DNA of 32,000 nt, from contig NC_010539.1 of the NCBI RefSeq assembly GCF_000017845.1, positions 1 to 32,000 on the forward strand, given 5' to 3'. A model generated the notes under the pieces. It saw only the letters and a program-made list of their open reading frames with translations, was not told where the DNA came from and searched no databases. Both the position numbers and the translations under genes were made by a program. Source of the DNA: Crocosphaera subtropica ATCC 51142 (GTDB lineage Bacteria > Cyanobacteriota > Cyanobacteriia > Cyanobacteriales > Microcystaceae). This document shows, in pieces, positions 1 to 8,354 of this stretch. The number at the start of each line of letters is the position of its first letter. The first letter of the stretch is position 1.

Positions 1-3000
1 CTAGCTACGCCCGTCGAGTAAATTTCCCTGCTGCCCCTCAAAAGTTTCTAAACCCTCGTTAACGGCTTTCTCAACAGCTTGCAAGGCATCTTTTGATATC
101 TCAACCACTTTCTGCCAGCCTTGATTAATTCCTTGTAAAAGACGAACTTTTAGGTGAGGACGGTTTTTATTACCTGATTGCGGATCTAAGTAGACAAGGG
201 TTCCCGGTTGTATCTCCACCCCATCGACTTTTCGTTGTGGGCCCACATATTTGTAGACATCCTGGTTAACCTCAGTGGCTGCGATCGCATCGATTTGTTT
301 TTGTTCAACCGGTTCTAATGCCTTGTACACGGCTTTAGCCTGTTCTGGGTGTTGTTTTTGTACCTGCTTAAGTTCAACCCAGGTGTTACAAGCTAATAGC
401 AGGGACTTTAGTTCATCGAGTGTCGGTGGTGCCGTTTCAGTGGCTTTAGTTAAGGCCGAAATAAAGCGATCGCCATAATCAGGACAAATTGCTCTCAAGG
501 TTTGATCATGAAGCTCGGTTTTTGCACTAACTTCTGACAACAAGGCATCTTGTTCTTCTGTCGTATAGTATCGAGAGTTATTTTCCAAATCAACTAATAC
601 CTTCATTAACCACTCGATATCTGCATTAGTTTTTGGTGGTTGATTTTCAGATTGAGGGGATGGCTCAACCTTTGTAAACGACGCATCATCTAGTTTTGAC
701 TGTGATTGATTGGTAAGTTGATGATTTGGGGGGGTCGATTCTGAGAGAGGGGATGTTGTAGTAGTAGAAGCTGAACGACAAGCACTTTTATTATCTACTA
801 CATTAGATATAATTTTCGAGTACGTTGAGTCATCAATTTTAGCAACTTTTTCTTTAAAGCAAGTCTGGATAGGCATTTCGGCGATTGATACCTCCATCGA
901 ATTACCAGAACTTTGGCAACTATCATCAACTTCTAGATTATTAGAGTTTAATTCAGAAAAACCAAACCGTTGTTCAAAGGGAATATATTTCATTGATTTG
1001 CCTACCCCTTCTAACTTTCCGTAACCATTACCAGCAAGAACTTGAAAATATTTAGTGCGTATTTGGTCAGTGGACATTTTTTTGAGGGCGTTAAAATTTT
1101 TCTTGGCCCAGGAGGCACTAACCCCTTTTTCAGTCTGTTGGTAAACATCGAGAGCTTTAGTATGGATTTTTAGTAAAATTCCTTCTAGCTCATTAGAGGA
1201 GTCGGTATTTGTAAAAATGAGTCGATGTTGACCTAAGTAAAACGAACCCATTTCAATGGCTGCTTTCATAGTTTCCCCATCAATGACTAAATGTGGTTTT
1301 TCTCCTCGTAACAAGGAATTAACTAAATGCAACCATAAGGCCAAGCGAAGGGTGTAACATTCTATTTTGGGGTAAACCAGACTTAAGGCATGGTTATATT
1401 CTCTGATGCCAAAATCCACTAAGGTATGGTTCCATGCTTGGAATAACACCTTAGAATCGTGGTCTAGTAAATATGTCTGTTCGGGTAATTCTCGCATTTG
1501 TTCATAGAGCCACCTTAACTTGTGTTGTAAGTCGGGAACTGCATTTGTTTCTTGGAATAGGTCTAAGTACCGTTTTGGAGCATTCCCAATCGAACACAGT
1601 AAGAACCGGGCCATGTATCCTGATTCGATAAAACCAGAATTATCCATCAACTTAGATAAAGTATCCCATTGGATCGTTCCAGTTTTACTCAACGCTGTTT
1701 TCTCTAGGAATAAATGAGAATCACTACGGTCATAACTAATCGAACTACCATTGAAAAAACTGAGTTCTTGTTCTTTATCGTCTCCCATCCCCCCTTTCTT
1801 ATATTGGTTTAGGCGACGAAAATCACTCGATAACTCATCCATGTATTCCAATAAGCCCCTTGGATTTTCACCATGTATTCTCATCTTGGTGGTGATGGTT
1901 ACATTAGTCATCATGAATCTTTCCCTGGTGGGACTGGGAATATCCCCTGATTTATCCTGTTCATATTCCCGTTTTAAAAGGTTATATTTATCGGCTGCTT
2001 CTGCTTCTAAGTCAATCAATGGTTTAATGATCACTTGTTGCGGTGGTGTCTTGGCTTGTCCTGAGTGGGCCACGTTCCCACTCCAAAAAATCAACGGCTG
2101 TTCATAGCCTCCTGTCCCATTAGCCACCACTGTTGAACTCGTTCCTCCACAAGCGGCTACGACTGGCAGTAGCGTATTAAATAGATACTCCGGGGCTGTT
2201 GGCATCGCATTAGCTGCATCTATCATTAACCCGGCAAAGTCTTTCTCTAAGTATCGGCTTATGTCTAATCGTTGTTGGTAGAGATTCAGGTTCGTTGATA
2301 ATGATGCGATCGCTTCTGCTGTTTCTTCATCTATATTTTCTTCCCTTTCGACGGTTCTGGCCAATAGTTCGATTTCTCGATAGTTGTATCCTGTTTGGGC
2401 GGCTAAGCTGATTAAGGCCATGTACCTTAAGGAATCTTGAGGTAATTCCCTGAGTATTTCTTTTATGGCTTCAAGTAAGTTGATTTTCGGTTTTTCTGAG
2501 CTATTTTTAGTTGCCTCAGTTCCCTGTTGTTGAACCTTGTACTGTGTGTTATTTCTGGGTCTTTGAGGTTGCACCACCTCTTTCCAATACCAACCCCTGA
2601 TACACGCTTCTATGGCTTCTGGTGGGCAACTTGGGTCACTATTCGTCTTTTGGCACCATTGGTATCTTTCATTTTCTTCTGAGGCTGTCATTCCACTACG
2701 TTGACAGAATTCATGGAACAATGCCGTTGCAGAATCACTGTAACTTTGGCCTATGGTTTGTAAATATCGTTCAACCGCGATCAGTTCTAAGCCTATATTA
2801 ATCGCTGTGTCGTTTCGTTTACACCCTTTGGGAACTCCTGTCGTCACCCATTCCCTTACCTCCTTACGGCAACATTGCAGCAATGGAACCGGTGCCGTTA
2901 CAGGAACACTTATCTGTTCAGGATGTCGTGGTAAACTGGACACGCTTAGATTGTCTGGAAACTTGTTTACAAAATCACGGTGGTTGGCTGCTTCTACTAG

Positions 3001-3621
3001 GGGCAGCTCTTCTTTTTGCTCCGGAATGATTGCTCTTAGTTCTTTGTATGTGTAAGTCTTGGCTGATGCAGAGATAATCTTCGTTTGGTTGTAAACAGGA
3101 TTTCCGTTTTCATCGTGGGATATGTGCCATCCCCCTGCTAATCTCATCACACGGGCTGGGTTCTTAATCGAGCGATCGCCATCGGCATATTCGAGGAGGT
3201 CTTTCTGCAACTGTGACCATTTCTCTATGGCAACCGGTTCATCAAATACCCAGTAGGAGTGGATCGATTTCCCACCTGTATCGACTTGAAATGTTGGTTC
3301 AGGTAGGTCTAACGTTTTCCATAACTCCCGTTGGATATCTTTTTCTAGGTCATCATGCTCAATAAAAATTGCATAACCTTGAGTTACATCTGAGTTTTTA
3401 TGACCCCCCCCATTTATAACGAAATAAGCTCCACGGCCTTCTTTTTGATACTGTTCTATCTGTTTCCAGTTGAGTCGATCTGCTTTTCTTCCTGAATCCC
3501 CCTCTTTGCGTGGATCGTCACTTGGGTAGAAAAATCGTAAGTATACAGGTTTGTTGATGTTGTGTCCGAGTAACGTTAACTGACGTTGAACTAAATTGCG
3601 ATCAATTTGTGGAAATTTCAT
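1..3621 (-). CDS. Plasmid/phage-type replication protein: N-terminal archaeo-eukaryotic primase (prim-pol)-like domain plus a large C-terminal helicase-like/unknown region
   Basis: Complete 1206-aa ORF (TAG stop at 1-3). AGGAG lies about 9 nt upstream of the ATG at 3621. The N-terminus carries AEP-like motifs: acidic 'FIEHDD' (H89-D90-D91) and 'DTGGKSIHSYWVF' (H121). A T/S/P/Q-rich linker (SASTTTTSPLSESTPPNHQ...) precedes the C-terminal domain. The gene sits next to a parA module and a 1-kb non-coding region. Confidence 0.6.
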   Translation of the reverse strand: MKFPQIDRNLVQRQLTLLGHNINKPVYLRFFYPSDDPRKEGDSGRKADRLNWKQIEQYQKEGRGAYFVINGGGHKNSDVTQGYAIFIEHDDLEKDIQRELWKTLDLPEPTFQVDTGGKSIHSYWVFDEPVAIEKWSQLQKDLLEYADGDRSIKNPARVMRLAGGWHISHDENGNPVYNQTKIISASAKTYTYKELRAIIPEQKEELPLVEAANHRDFVNKFPDNLSVSSLPRHPEQISVPVTAPVPLLQCCRKEVREWVTTGVPKGCKRNDTAINIGLELIAVERYLQTIGQSYSDSATALFHEFCQRSGMTASEENERYQWCQKTNSDPSCPPEAIEACIRGWYWKEVVQPQRPRNNTQYKVQQQGTEATKNSSEKPKINLLEAIKEILRELPQDSLRYMALISLAAQTGYNYREIELLARTVEREENIDEETAEAIASLSTNLNLYQQRLDISRYLEKDFAGLMIDAANAMPTAPEYLFNTLLPVVAACGGTSSTVVANGTGGYEQPLIFWSGNVAHSGQAKTPPQQVIIKPLIDLEAEAADKYNLLKREYEQDKSGDIPSPTRERFMMTNVTITTKMRIHGENPRGLLEYMDELSSDFRRLNQYKKGGMGDDKEQELSFFNGSSISYDRSDSHLFLEKTALSKTGTIQWDTLSKLMDNSGFIESGYMARFLLCSIGNAPKRYLDLFQETNAVPDLQHKLRWLYEQMRELPEQTYLLDHDSKVLFQAWNHTLVDFGIREYNHALSLVYPKIECYTLRLALWLHLVNSLLRGEKPHLVIDGETMKAAIEMGSFYLGQHRLIFTNTDSSNELEGILLKIHTKALDVYQQTEKGVSASWAKKNFNALKKMSTDQIRTKYFQVLAGNGYGKLEGVGKSMKYIPFEQRFGFSELNSNNLEVDDSCQSSGNSMEVSIAEMPIQTCFKEKVAKIDDSTYSKIISNVVDNKSACRSASTTTTSPLSESTPPNHQLTNQSQSKLDDASFTKVEPSPQSENQPPKTNADIEWLMKVLVDLENNSRYYTTEEQDALLSEVSAKTELHDQTLRAICPDYGDRFISALTKATETAPPTLDELKSLLLACNTWVELKQVQKQHPEQAKAVYKALEPVEQKQIDAIAATEVNQDVYKYVGPQRKVDGVEIQPGTLVYLDPQSGNKNRPHLKVRLLQGINQGWQKVVEISKDALQAVEKAVNEGLETFEGQQGNLLDGRS

Positions 3622-4625
3622 AATTTTTTTCTCCTTACAGTTTTGTGGGTATGGACTGCTGGAGATGCCCGTTATCTAAGGATCATAGCCTTAACTAATG
3701 AGTGACTGTTATTAACGATGTTCCTTATTTGTGATCTCAATCTCTACTATTTCCTTGCAACCAAAGATAGGATTAAAAAGATTTGTATTGGGGAACTGGA
3801 TTATGGTTTTTTCCAGCTTTTGTTGTTGTTGCCGTTCTCATTGACATCAACTGATTACTTTGGTAGTGAGTTCATTCGAGATTAAGACACGATAACAAAG
3901 CATTTCCAGCTTCTTTTCTTCTTTTTTCAACGGAATAGCTACTGCTGTCGACCAATTAAGCTACTAAGACAGAGTTATCTGGTGATTGCCCAGACGTTGC
4001 TCTTATTGATTTTGGCCACAGTCAATAACTATGCAATCGATGTAAGCTTCGGTGACGACAGATGACACTGCTAGAGACGGCTTGGTTGATTGGTTGAATG
4101 ATGTTCTTTCACGCTTAAAAAATAAGTATGAAAAGCATACCTCACCTGATAGTAAGATTTTCAACCCATAAACCTTTTTTCGCTAATTAACGCTTATTTT
4201 TTGCGCGCAAGCCTAAAATTTTGACAAAAAGATTGCCTAGACCACAACTTTCGCTTATGATAGAAGTGTTGTGGACTTAGTGTCGCAGCGTTAACCGCCT
4301 CAAAAAATTCAATGACTTCCTACTCTTCTATAAGTCACCTCCTTTGACGAAACAGAGAGTATCCAGGGAGAAACCGATATCAGAAACGTCCGTCAAACTT
4401 CCCCAAGCCGACGGCGTTTCGCCATTTATATGGTTTCTTTTGTCTGTGATTCTCTGAATGAACATTATCTTGTGCATAAAAGCGTTTAAGATACTAACCA
4501 TTGTACCCCTAAATTACCATTAGGGGACCATTAGAGGTTGCCTGATTTCGCAGAGGCTGTCGTTTTTATCAGCTTCTGTCCTTTTTATCGTGTTTACCTT
4601 GACAAAATCCTAGGTTGATAGTAAT

Positions 4626-4928
4626 TTATCGCTTATCATTTAAAACAGGGATAACTGACAGGCGTGAAACATTACCCCGTCGTCCTTGATGATAACTGAG
4701 ATGACAAGCAGTACAAAGAGGAATAAGGTTAGATGGGTCATTATTTTCTGGAGTAAAGTCAGAATGATGAACTTGCAATGTTCTTGCTTTCCTTTCCTTG
4801 ACCGTTAGTTTTGAGACATCTTCCCCTGGTTTAATACACTGCATCCCACACTTGGCACAACCCCACCCTGCATTGCTTTTAATAGTGTCGGCTATGGTTT
4901 TCCAGTCTTTTGAATATCGAGAGGTCAT
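4626..4928 (-). CDS. HNH endonuclease (small, stand-alone)
   Basis: 100 aa with a CxxC...HH...N...CxxCH pattern: 'GCAKCGMQC', 'LQVHHSDFTPENNDPSNLIPLCTACHLSYH'. This is typical of a beta-beta-alpha-Me/HNH finger. Confidence 0.75.
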   Translation of the reverse strand: MTSRYSKDWKTIADTIKSNAGWGCAKCGMQCIKPGEDVSKLTVKERKARTLQVHHSDFTPENNDPSNLIPLCTACHLSYHQGRRGNVSRLSVIPVLNDKR

Positions 4929-5058
4929 TTACTTACTTATTGCAGTAATGCAGTATTTGAGTGTTTAAGCATTTAATTAATGATATACTACCGTAAATAG
5001 AGAAACTTTGAATCGGTAATTTTCATCAATAATGCAGTAAGGCAGTAAATAAGTAAGT
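4929..5058. promoter_or_regulatory. Divergent HNH/parA control region with GCAGTAA heptad repeats and an 11-bp terminal inverted repeat (candidate partition operator/centromere-like site)
   Basis: GCAGTAA occurs at 4942-4948, 5034-5040 and 5042-5048, with a GCAGTAt variant at 4950-4956. ACTTACTTATT (4931-4941) is the exact reverse complement of 5048-5058. As a result both divergent genes have the same leader, AATAAGTAAGT(A)(A)ATG. Confidence 0.4.
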
Positions 5059-5703
5059 ATGGCAATCATTAGTTTAGTCAATCAGAAAGGGGGGGTATCA
5101 AAGTCAACGACTTCGGTACATCTGGCTTATTGGTTGTTGACACAGCAGAAACAAAAGGTCTTATTAGTAGATGCTGATGGTCAACGGTCTTCATCTCAAT
5201 GGGTTGAGGGGATGGAGGATATCAAGATTTCTCATAAAGTCATTCAAAGTCCTGATGATCTCCTTGAACAAATTCCGACTTTAGCTGCTGATTATGATTA
5301 TGTGATCATTGATGGGCCTGCTAGTTTGTCAGAAGCAACTAGAGCAATCTTGTTTCGTTCCGACTTGGCAGTGATTCCCGTGCAACCAACGGGAGTTGAT
5401 TTGCGATCAGCTTCTGATGCAATGCGGTTAGTCAAACAAGCGCAGTCAGTTAGAGGTGGTTTACCCTTAGCCGTCATCTTTCTCAGTCGAGCGGTTAAAG
5501 GCACAAACTTAAAAAAGGAGGCGATCGCTCTTTTGTCTCAGATTAAAGAGGCCAAGTTATTAAAAACAGTGGTGCATCAAAAACAAGCGATCGCAGATAC
5601 TTCCGGTCAGTCAGCAACTGTATGGGATTTTTCAGGAAAACCGGCGAAAGACTCAGCCCGTGAATATGAACAATTATTTAAGGAGGTGCTGTCATGCCTA
5701 TAA
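5059..5703 (+). CDS. parA: ParA/Soj-family partition ATPase
   Basis: Deviant Walker A 'NQKGGVSKSTT' at the N-terminus and 'LLVDADGQ' (Walker A'/switch). Size of 214 aa. Followed by an overlapping small DNA-binding gene. Confidence 0.85.
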   Translation: MAIISLVNQKGGVSKSTTSVHLAYWLLTQQKQKVLLVDADGQRSSSQWVEGMEDIKISHKVIQSPDDLLEQIPTLAADYDYVIIDGPASLSEATRAILFRSDLAVIPVQPTGVDLRSASDAMRLVKQAQSVRGGLPLAVIFLSRAVKGTNLKKEAIALLSQIKEAKLLKTVVHQKQAIADTSGQSATVWDFSGKPAKDSAREYEQLFKEVLSCL

Positions 5704-6029
5704 AGAAACGTAAAAACTTAGATGATGTTCTAGCTCAAGAATTTGTCTATGGAGACAAGGAAACATCGGAGCAACAACCGATAGAACCAACAGAAGAAAA
5801 TCAATCCGTTGAACTGGTTGAAAGTAAAGAAGCTGTCACGACTGATAAAACATCAATTATGGATAAATTACAACCTATTGAACAAAGAGAAGCGACGAAA
5901 CGATTCACGGTAGATTTGCCTGATTCAATGCACCGTAAATTGTCGATATTATCAGCAAAGACAGGTAGGACTAAGGCTGATATTGTCAGGATGTTGTTAG
6001 ATGATATTTTGAAGGATATTGAAGATTGA
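5694..6029 (+). CDS. Ribbon-helix-helix (CopG/ParG-like) partition or centromere-binding protein
   Basis: Overlaps the parA stop by 10 nt. Acidic disordered N-terminus. The C-terminal 'FTVDLPDSMHRKLSILSAKTGRTKADIVRMLLDDIL' has the beta-strand/helix/helix pattern of RHH proteins. Confidence 0.5.
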   Translation: MPIKKRKNLDDVLAQEFVYGDKETSEQQPIEPTEENQSVELVESKEAVTTDKTSIMDKLQPIEQREATKRFTVDLPDSMHRKLSILSAKTGRTKADIVRMLLDDILKDIED

Positions 6030-6035
6030 GACTAT

Positions 6036-6068
6036 AAGGGGTATGGAAAGAATACTTCCAAACCCCTT
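6036..6068. terminator. Hairpin between convergent genes (possible bidirectional terminator)
   Basis: AAGGGGTATGGAA (6036-6048) pairs with TTCCAAACCCCTT (6056-6068) at 12 of 13 positions, with a 7-nt loop. It lies between the 3' ends of the RHH gene (+) and the CBS-CP12 gene (-). Confidence 0.45.
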
Positions 6069-6095
6069 GATAATATTAAAGTCTGCGAGTAAAGT

Positions 6096-6728
6096 TTAAC
6101 CACTACACCAATTTTCTAGGGTCAAAGTTTCTGCGGCGGAGGGATGTTCTTCGAGATAGGTTTCTAAAGCCGTTTTTTCGGGCTTTTTATTCTGATAAAA
6201 AGAGGCTTCTGCTTCAAGTTCTTCTACTAATAACCAAGCTTCTTGACAAGCTTGTGAATCATGAGAAAACTCTTGACATAGTTTTCGAGCTTGACTAATC
6301 TTCTCTTCAATTTCTTGTTGTAATTGGTCTTCAATGGGATTGTTTAAAAACTCACTTTTATTTAAAATATCAACAATAGAAACAATACCTAAAAGTTCAT
6401 CTTTAATGACTGGAGCGCAACGAATTCCATGATTTTTAAAGAGTTTAGCTGCATATTCAACACCTAAATCTGGATTTAAAACAAGACAAGGTTTGGTCAT
6501 AATTTCGTAAACTCTGACTTGTTTGGGATTTTTACCAGAAGCAATAACTTCATTGACAATATCACTGTCTGTAATAATTCCGTAAGCATCTTGAGGGTGG
6601 CGACGTTGAACAATTAAAGTATGAATTTTTTTGTCTCGCATTAATTTAACAGCCATAGAAACCGTAGCTGAACTGCGAATGGTGATGACATCTTTGGTCA
6701 TAATGTCAGCGACTTTCATCATCATCAA
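6096..6728 (-). CDS. CBS-domain pair fused to a CP12-like C-terminal domain (CBS-CP12 fusion)
   Basis: The N-terminal ~130 aa look like a tandem CBS pair ('VADIMTKDVITI', 'GIITDSDIV', 'VYEIMTKPCLVL', 'LLGIVSIVDIL'). The C-terminus has a Cys pair 'CQEFSHDSQAC' followed by the CP12 core-like 'EAWLLVEELEAE' and 'ALETYLEEHP'. The canonical C-terminal Cys pair appears to be missing. Several Met codons at the start leave the exact start uncertain. Confidence 0.7.
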   Translation of the reverse strand: MMMMKVADIMTKDVITIRSSATVSMAVKLMRDKKIHTLIVQRRHPQDAYGIITDSDIVNEVIASGKNPKQVRVYEIMTKPCLVLNPDLGVEYAAKLFKNHGIRCAPVIKDELLGIVSIVDILNKSEFLNNPIEDQLQQEIEEKISQARKLCQEFSHDSQACQEAWLLVEELEAEASFYQNKKPEKTALETYLEEHPSAAETLTLENWCSG

Positions 6729-6954
6729 TTTTTAACCCATTTTGCTTCAATGTAACATAAACTGGTTTAATGTAAATATTTAAAAAGGATAAAATAAAGC
6801 TTTGTTACAAAAGAAGTTCAAAAAGAAAATACCTTGCTAAATTAAGAGATAAAAGACTCATTTATATTTCTTGGGTTAGATAACATAGTTATTTTGAAGT
6901 CAAGCTAAATTGCACCCAAGAAAAGGTAAACTCGCTTTCTTTGAGGAGAAAAAA

Positions 6955-7050
6955 ATGATTACCTTATTAATTTTATCCTTTATTGCTTTAATAACTTTAA
7001 CCCTGATATTTGAAGTAATCTTTTATAAGGAAGAACATCAATCTTTGTAA
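6955..7050 (+). CDS. Possible 31-aa single-pass membrane peptide (not in the supplied ORF track)
   Basis: ATG at 6955 is preceded by GAGGAG (6943-6948). Translation: MITLLILSFIALITLTLIFEVIFYKEEHQSL*. It ends 10 nt before the next gene's ATG at 7061. A short ORF in AT-rich DNA could occur by chance. Confidence 0.25.
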   Translation: MITLLILSFIALITLTLIFEVIFYKEEHQSL

Positions 7051-7060
7051 CACAGCAGAA

Positions 7061-7543
7061 ATGGAACTAAAACTGATTCCTTTAGAAATACCATCAGGCT
7101 CTAACCTAATTTTAGGGCAAAGTCACTTTATTAAAACCGTAGAAGACTTATACGAGATCATGGTAGGAATTTCGTCTCAAGTCCAATTTGGACTAGCTTT
7201 TTGTGAAGCTTCTGGCGCGAGATTGATTAGAGTGACAGGAAATAACCAAGAATTACAAGAGGTGGCGGTGAAAAATGCTCAGGCACTCTCAGCCGGTCAC
7301 AGTTTTATTATTATGTTAAAAGAGGCTTTTCCCATTAACTTTTTAAACAGTATTAAACAGTGTCCAGAAGTGTGTCGTATTTATTGCGCCACGGCTAATC
7401 CTGTTGAAGTGGTTGTCGCTGAAAGTGAACAAGGAAAAGGAATTTTGGGAGTGATTGATGGTTATTCTCCTCTGGGGGTGGAAACGGAACAAGATATTAT
7501 TGAGAGGCAAGAAATTTTACGAAAATTTGGCTATAAATGTTAG
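7061..7543 (+). CDS. Adenosine-specific kinase-like protein (PF04008-type family)
   Basis: 160 aa. 'ILGQSHFIKTVEDLYE...QFGLAFCEASGARLIRVTGNN...' matches my recollection of the conserved N-terminal block of this small archaeal/bacterial family. Not verified by any search. Confidence 0.5.
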   Translation: MELKLIPLEIPSGSNLILGQSHFIKTVEDLYEIMVGISSQVQFGLAFCEASGARLIRVTGNNQELQEVAVKNAQALSAGHSFIIMLKEAFPINFLNSIKQCPEVCRIYCATANPVEVVVAESEQGKGILGVIDGYSPLGVETEQDIIERQEILRKFGYKC

Positions 7544-7552
7544 CTATTATTA

Positions 7553-7579
7553 AAGGATATTGATAGCTTTGATATCCTT
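7553..7579. terminator. Hairpin downstream of the kinase-like gene
   Basis: AAGGATAT (7553-7560) and ATATCCTT (7572-7579) form a perfect 8-bp stem with an 11-nt loop. The hairpin lies 10 nt after the stop codon and 15 nt before the next start. Confidence 0.3.
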
Positions 7580-7594
7580 AACAATCTTATATTT

Positions 7595-8269
7595 ATGAAG
7601 GTAATACCTTGTTCTGAGCAAAACTTAGATAATGTTCAAATAAACACGGCGGTTATTCAACTGAATGGGAAAGAAGTTACTATCATTCAAATAGTAGATA
7701 AACAAGGATTTCCTTACAGTTGGTTAACCATTGCCGAAGGGTTAGTCAAAGACTCATCATTTAGAGAGTTATGGAATCAAACCTTAGCCGAAATACCGTT
7801 TAATTTTCAATGGAAACCCGTTCCCATACATCCTAAATTTGCTAAAACTTATCCTTTTTTTGCTGTTTTAGTACCTTCATCTTTTCCTCCATCAAATCCT
7901 TCGGCTTACCGTAAATATCTCAACAAACTATCTAATGAAGAATTAATTACAACCTTTCCTAATTTATCAGGCGATGCCCTTTTATTAATTCCTAAAGATA
8001 CAGGCGATTATGGTCATATTGCAGATTTTTGTCGTAATGCAGATGATAAGTTAATTCAAACCTTATGGCAATCGTTTGGAAAATTAACCTATCAAGCTAT
8101 TCTTAATGAAGAGATTCTATGGTGTAATACACATGGTCATGGCGTTCCTTGGATGCACATACGATTTGATGAAACCTTAAAATATGCAGCGTTTCCTCCT
8201 TATGGAACCATTGATGAAACATCTCAAAAAGAATGGTATGAAACGATTTATTTAAAAGTTTTTGAATAA
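7595..8269 (+). CDS. Hypothetical protein (224 aa)
   Basis: Long ORF with no nested competitor. The conserved-looking block 'FPNLSGDALLLIPKDTGDYGHIADFCRNA...WCNTHGHGVPWMHIRFDETLKY' suggests a real domain of unknown function. Confidence 0.5.
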   Translation: MKVIPCSEQNLDNVQINTAVIQLNGKEVTIIQIVDKQGFPYSWLTIAEGLVKDSSFRELWNQTLAEIPFNFQWKPVPIHPKFAKTYPFFAVLVPSSFPPSNPSAYRKYLNKLSNEELITTFPNLSGDALLLIPKDTGDYGHIADFCRNADDKLIQTLWQSFGKLTYQAILNEEILWCNTHGHGVPWMHIRFDETLKYAAFPPYGTIDETSQKEWYETIYLKVFE

Positions 8270-8282
8270 CCATTAATTTTTA

Positions 8283-8354
8283 CTTCTGTGCGATAGCGCC
8301 GGAACGTAGTGAGGAACTTCTGTTCGATAGAGCCGGAGCGGAGCGAGGAACTTC
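8283..8354. repeat. 34-bp tandem direct repeat (2 copies plus 4 nt)
   Basis: 8283-8316 is CTTCTGTGCGATAGCGCCGGAACGTAGTGAGGAA and 8317-8350 is CTTCTGTTCGATAGAGCCGGAGCGGAGCGAGGAA (29/34 identical), followed by CTTC. The repeat is GC-rich relative to its surroundings. It lies between convergent genes, and its last 2 nt overlap the RuvC-like stop codon. Confidence 0.75.

Noticed and set aside
4599-4628. A near-consensus promoter on the + strand: TTGACA, 17 nt, TAATTT.
   Set aside because: It would fire antisense into the 3' end of the HNH gene, with no downstream + strand ORF. Such hexamer pairs occur often by chance in AT-rich DNA. It could drive an antisense RNA, but there is no supporting structure.
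8283-8354. Possible degenerate CRISPR array, given its 34-bp repeats.
   Set aside because: The two units are directly adjacent with no spacers. There are only about 2 copies, and no cas genes or leader are present. It was reported as a simple tandem repeat instead.
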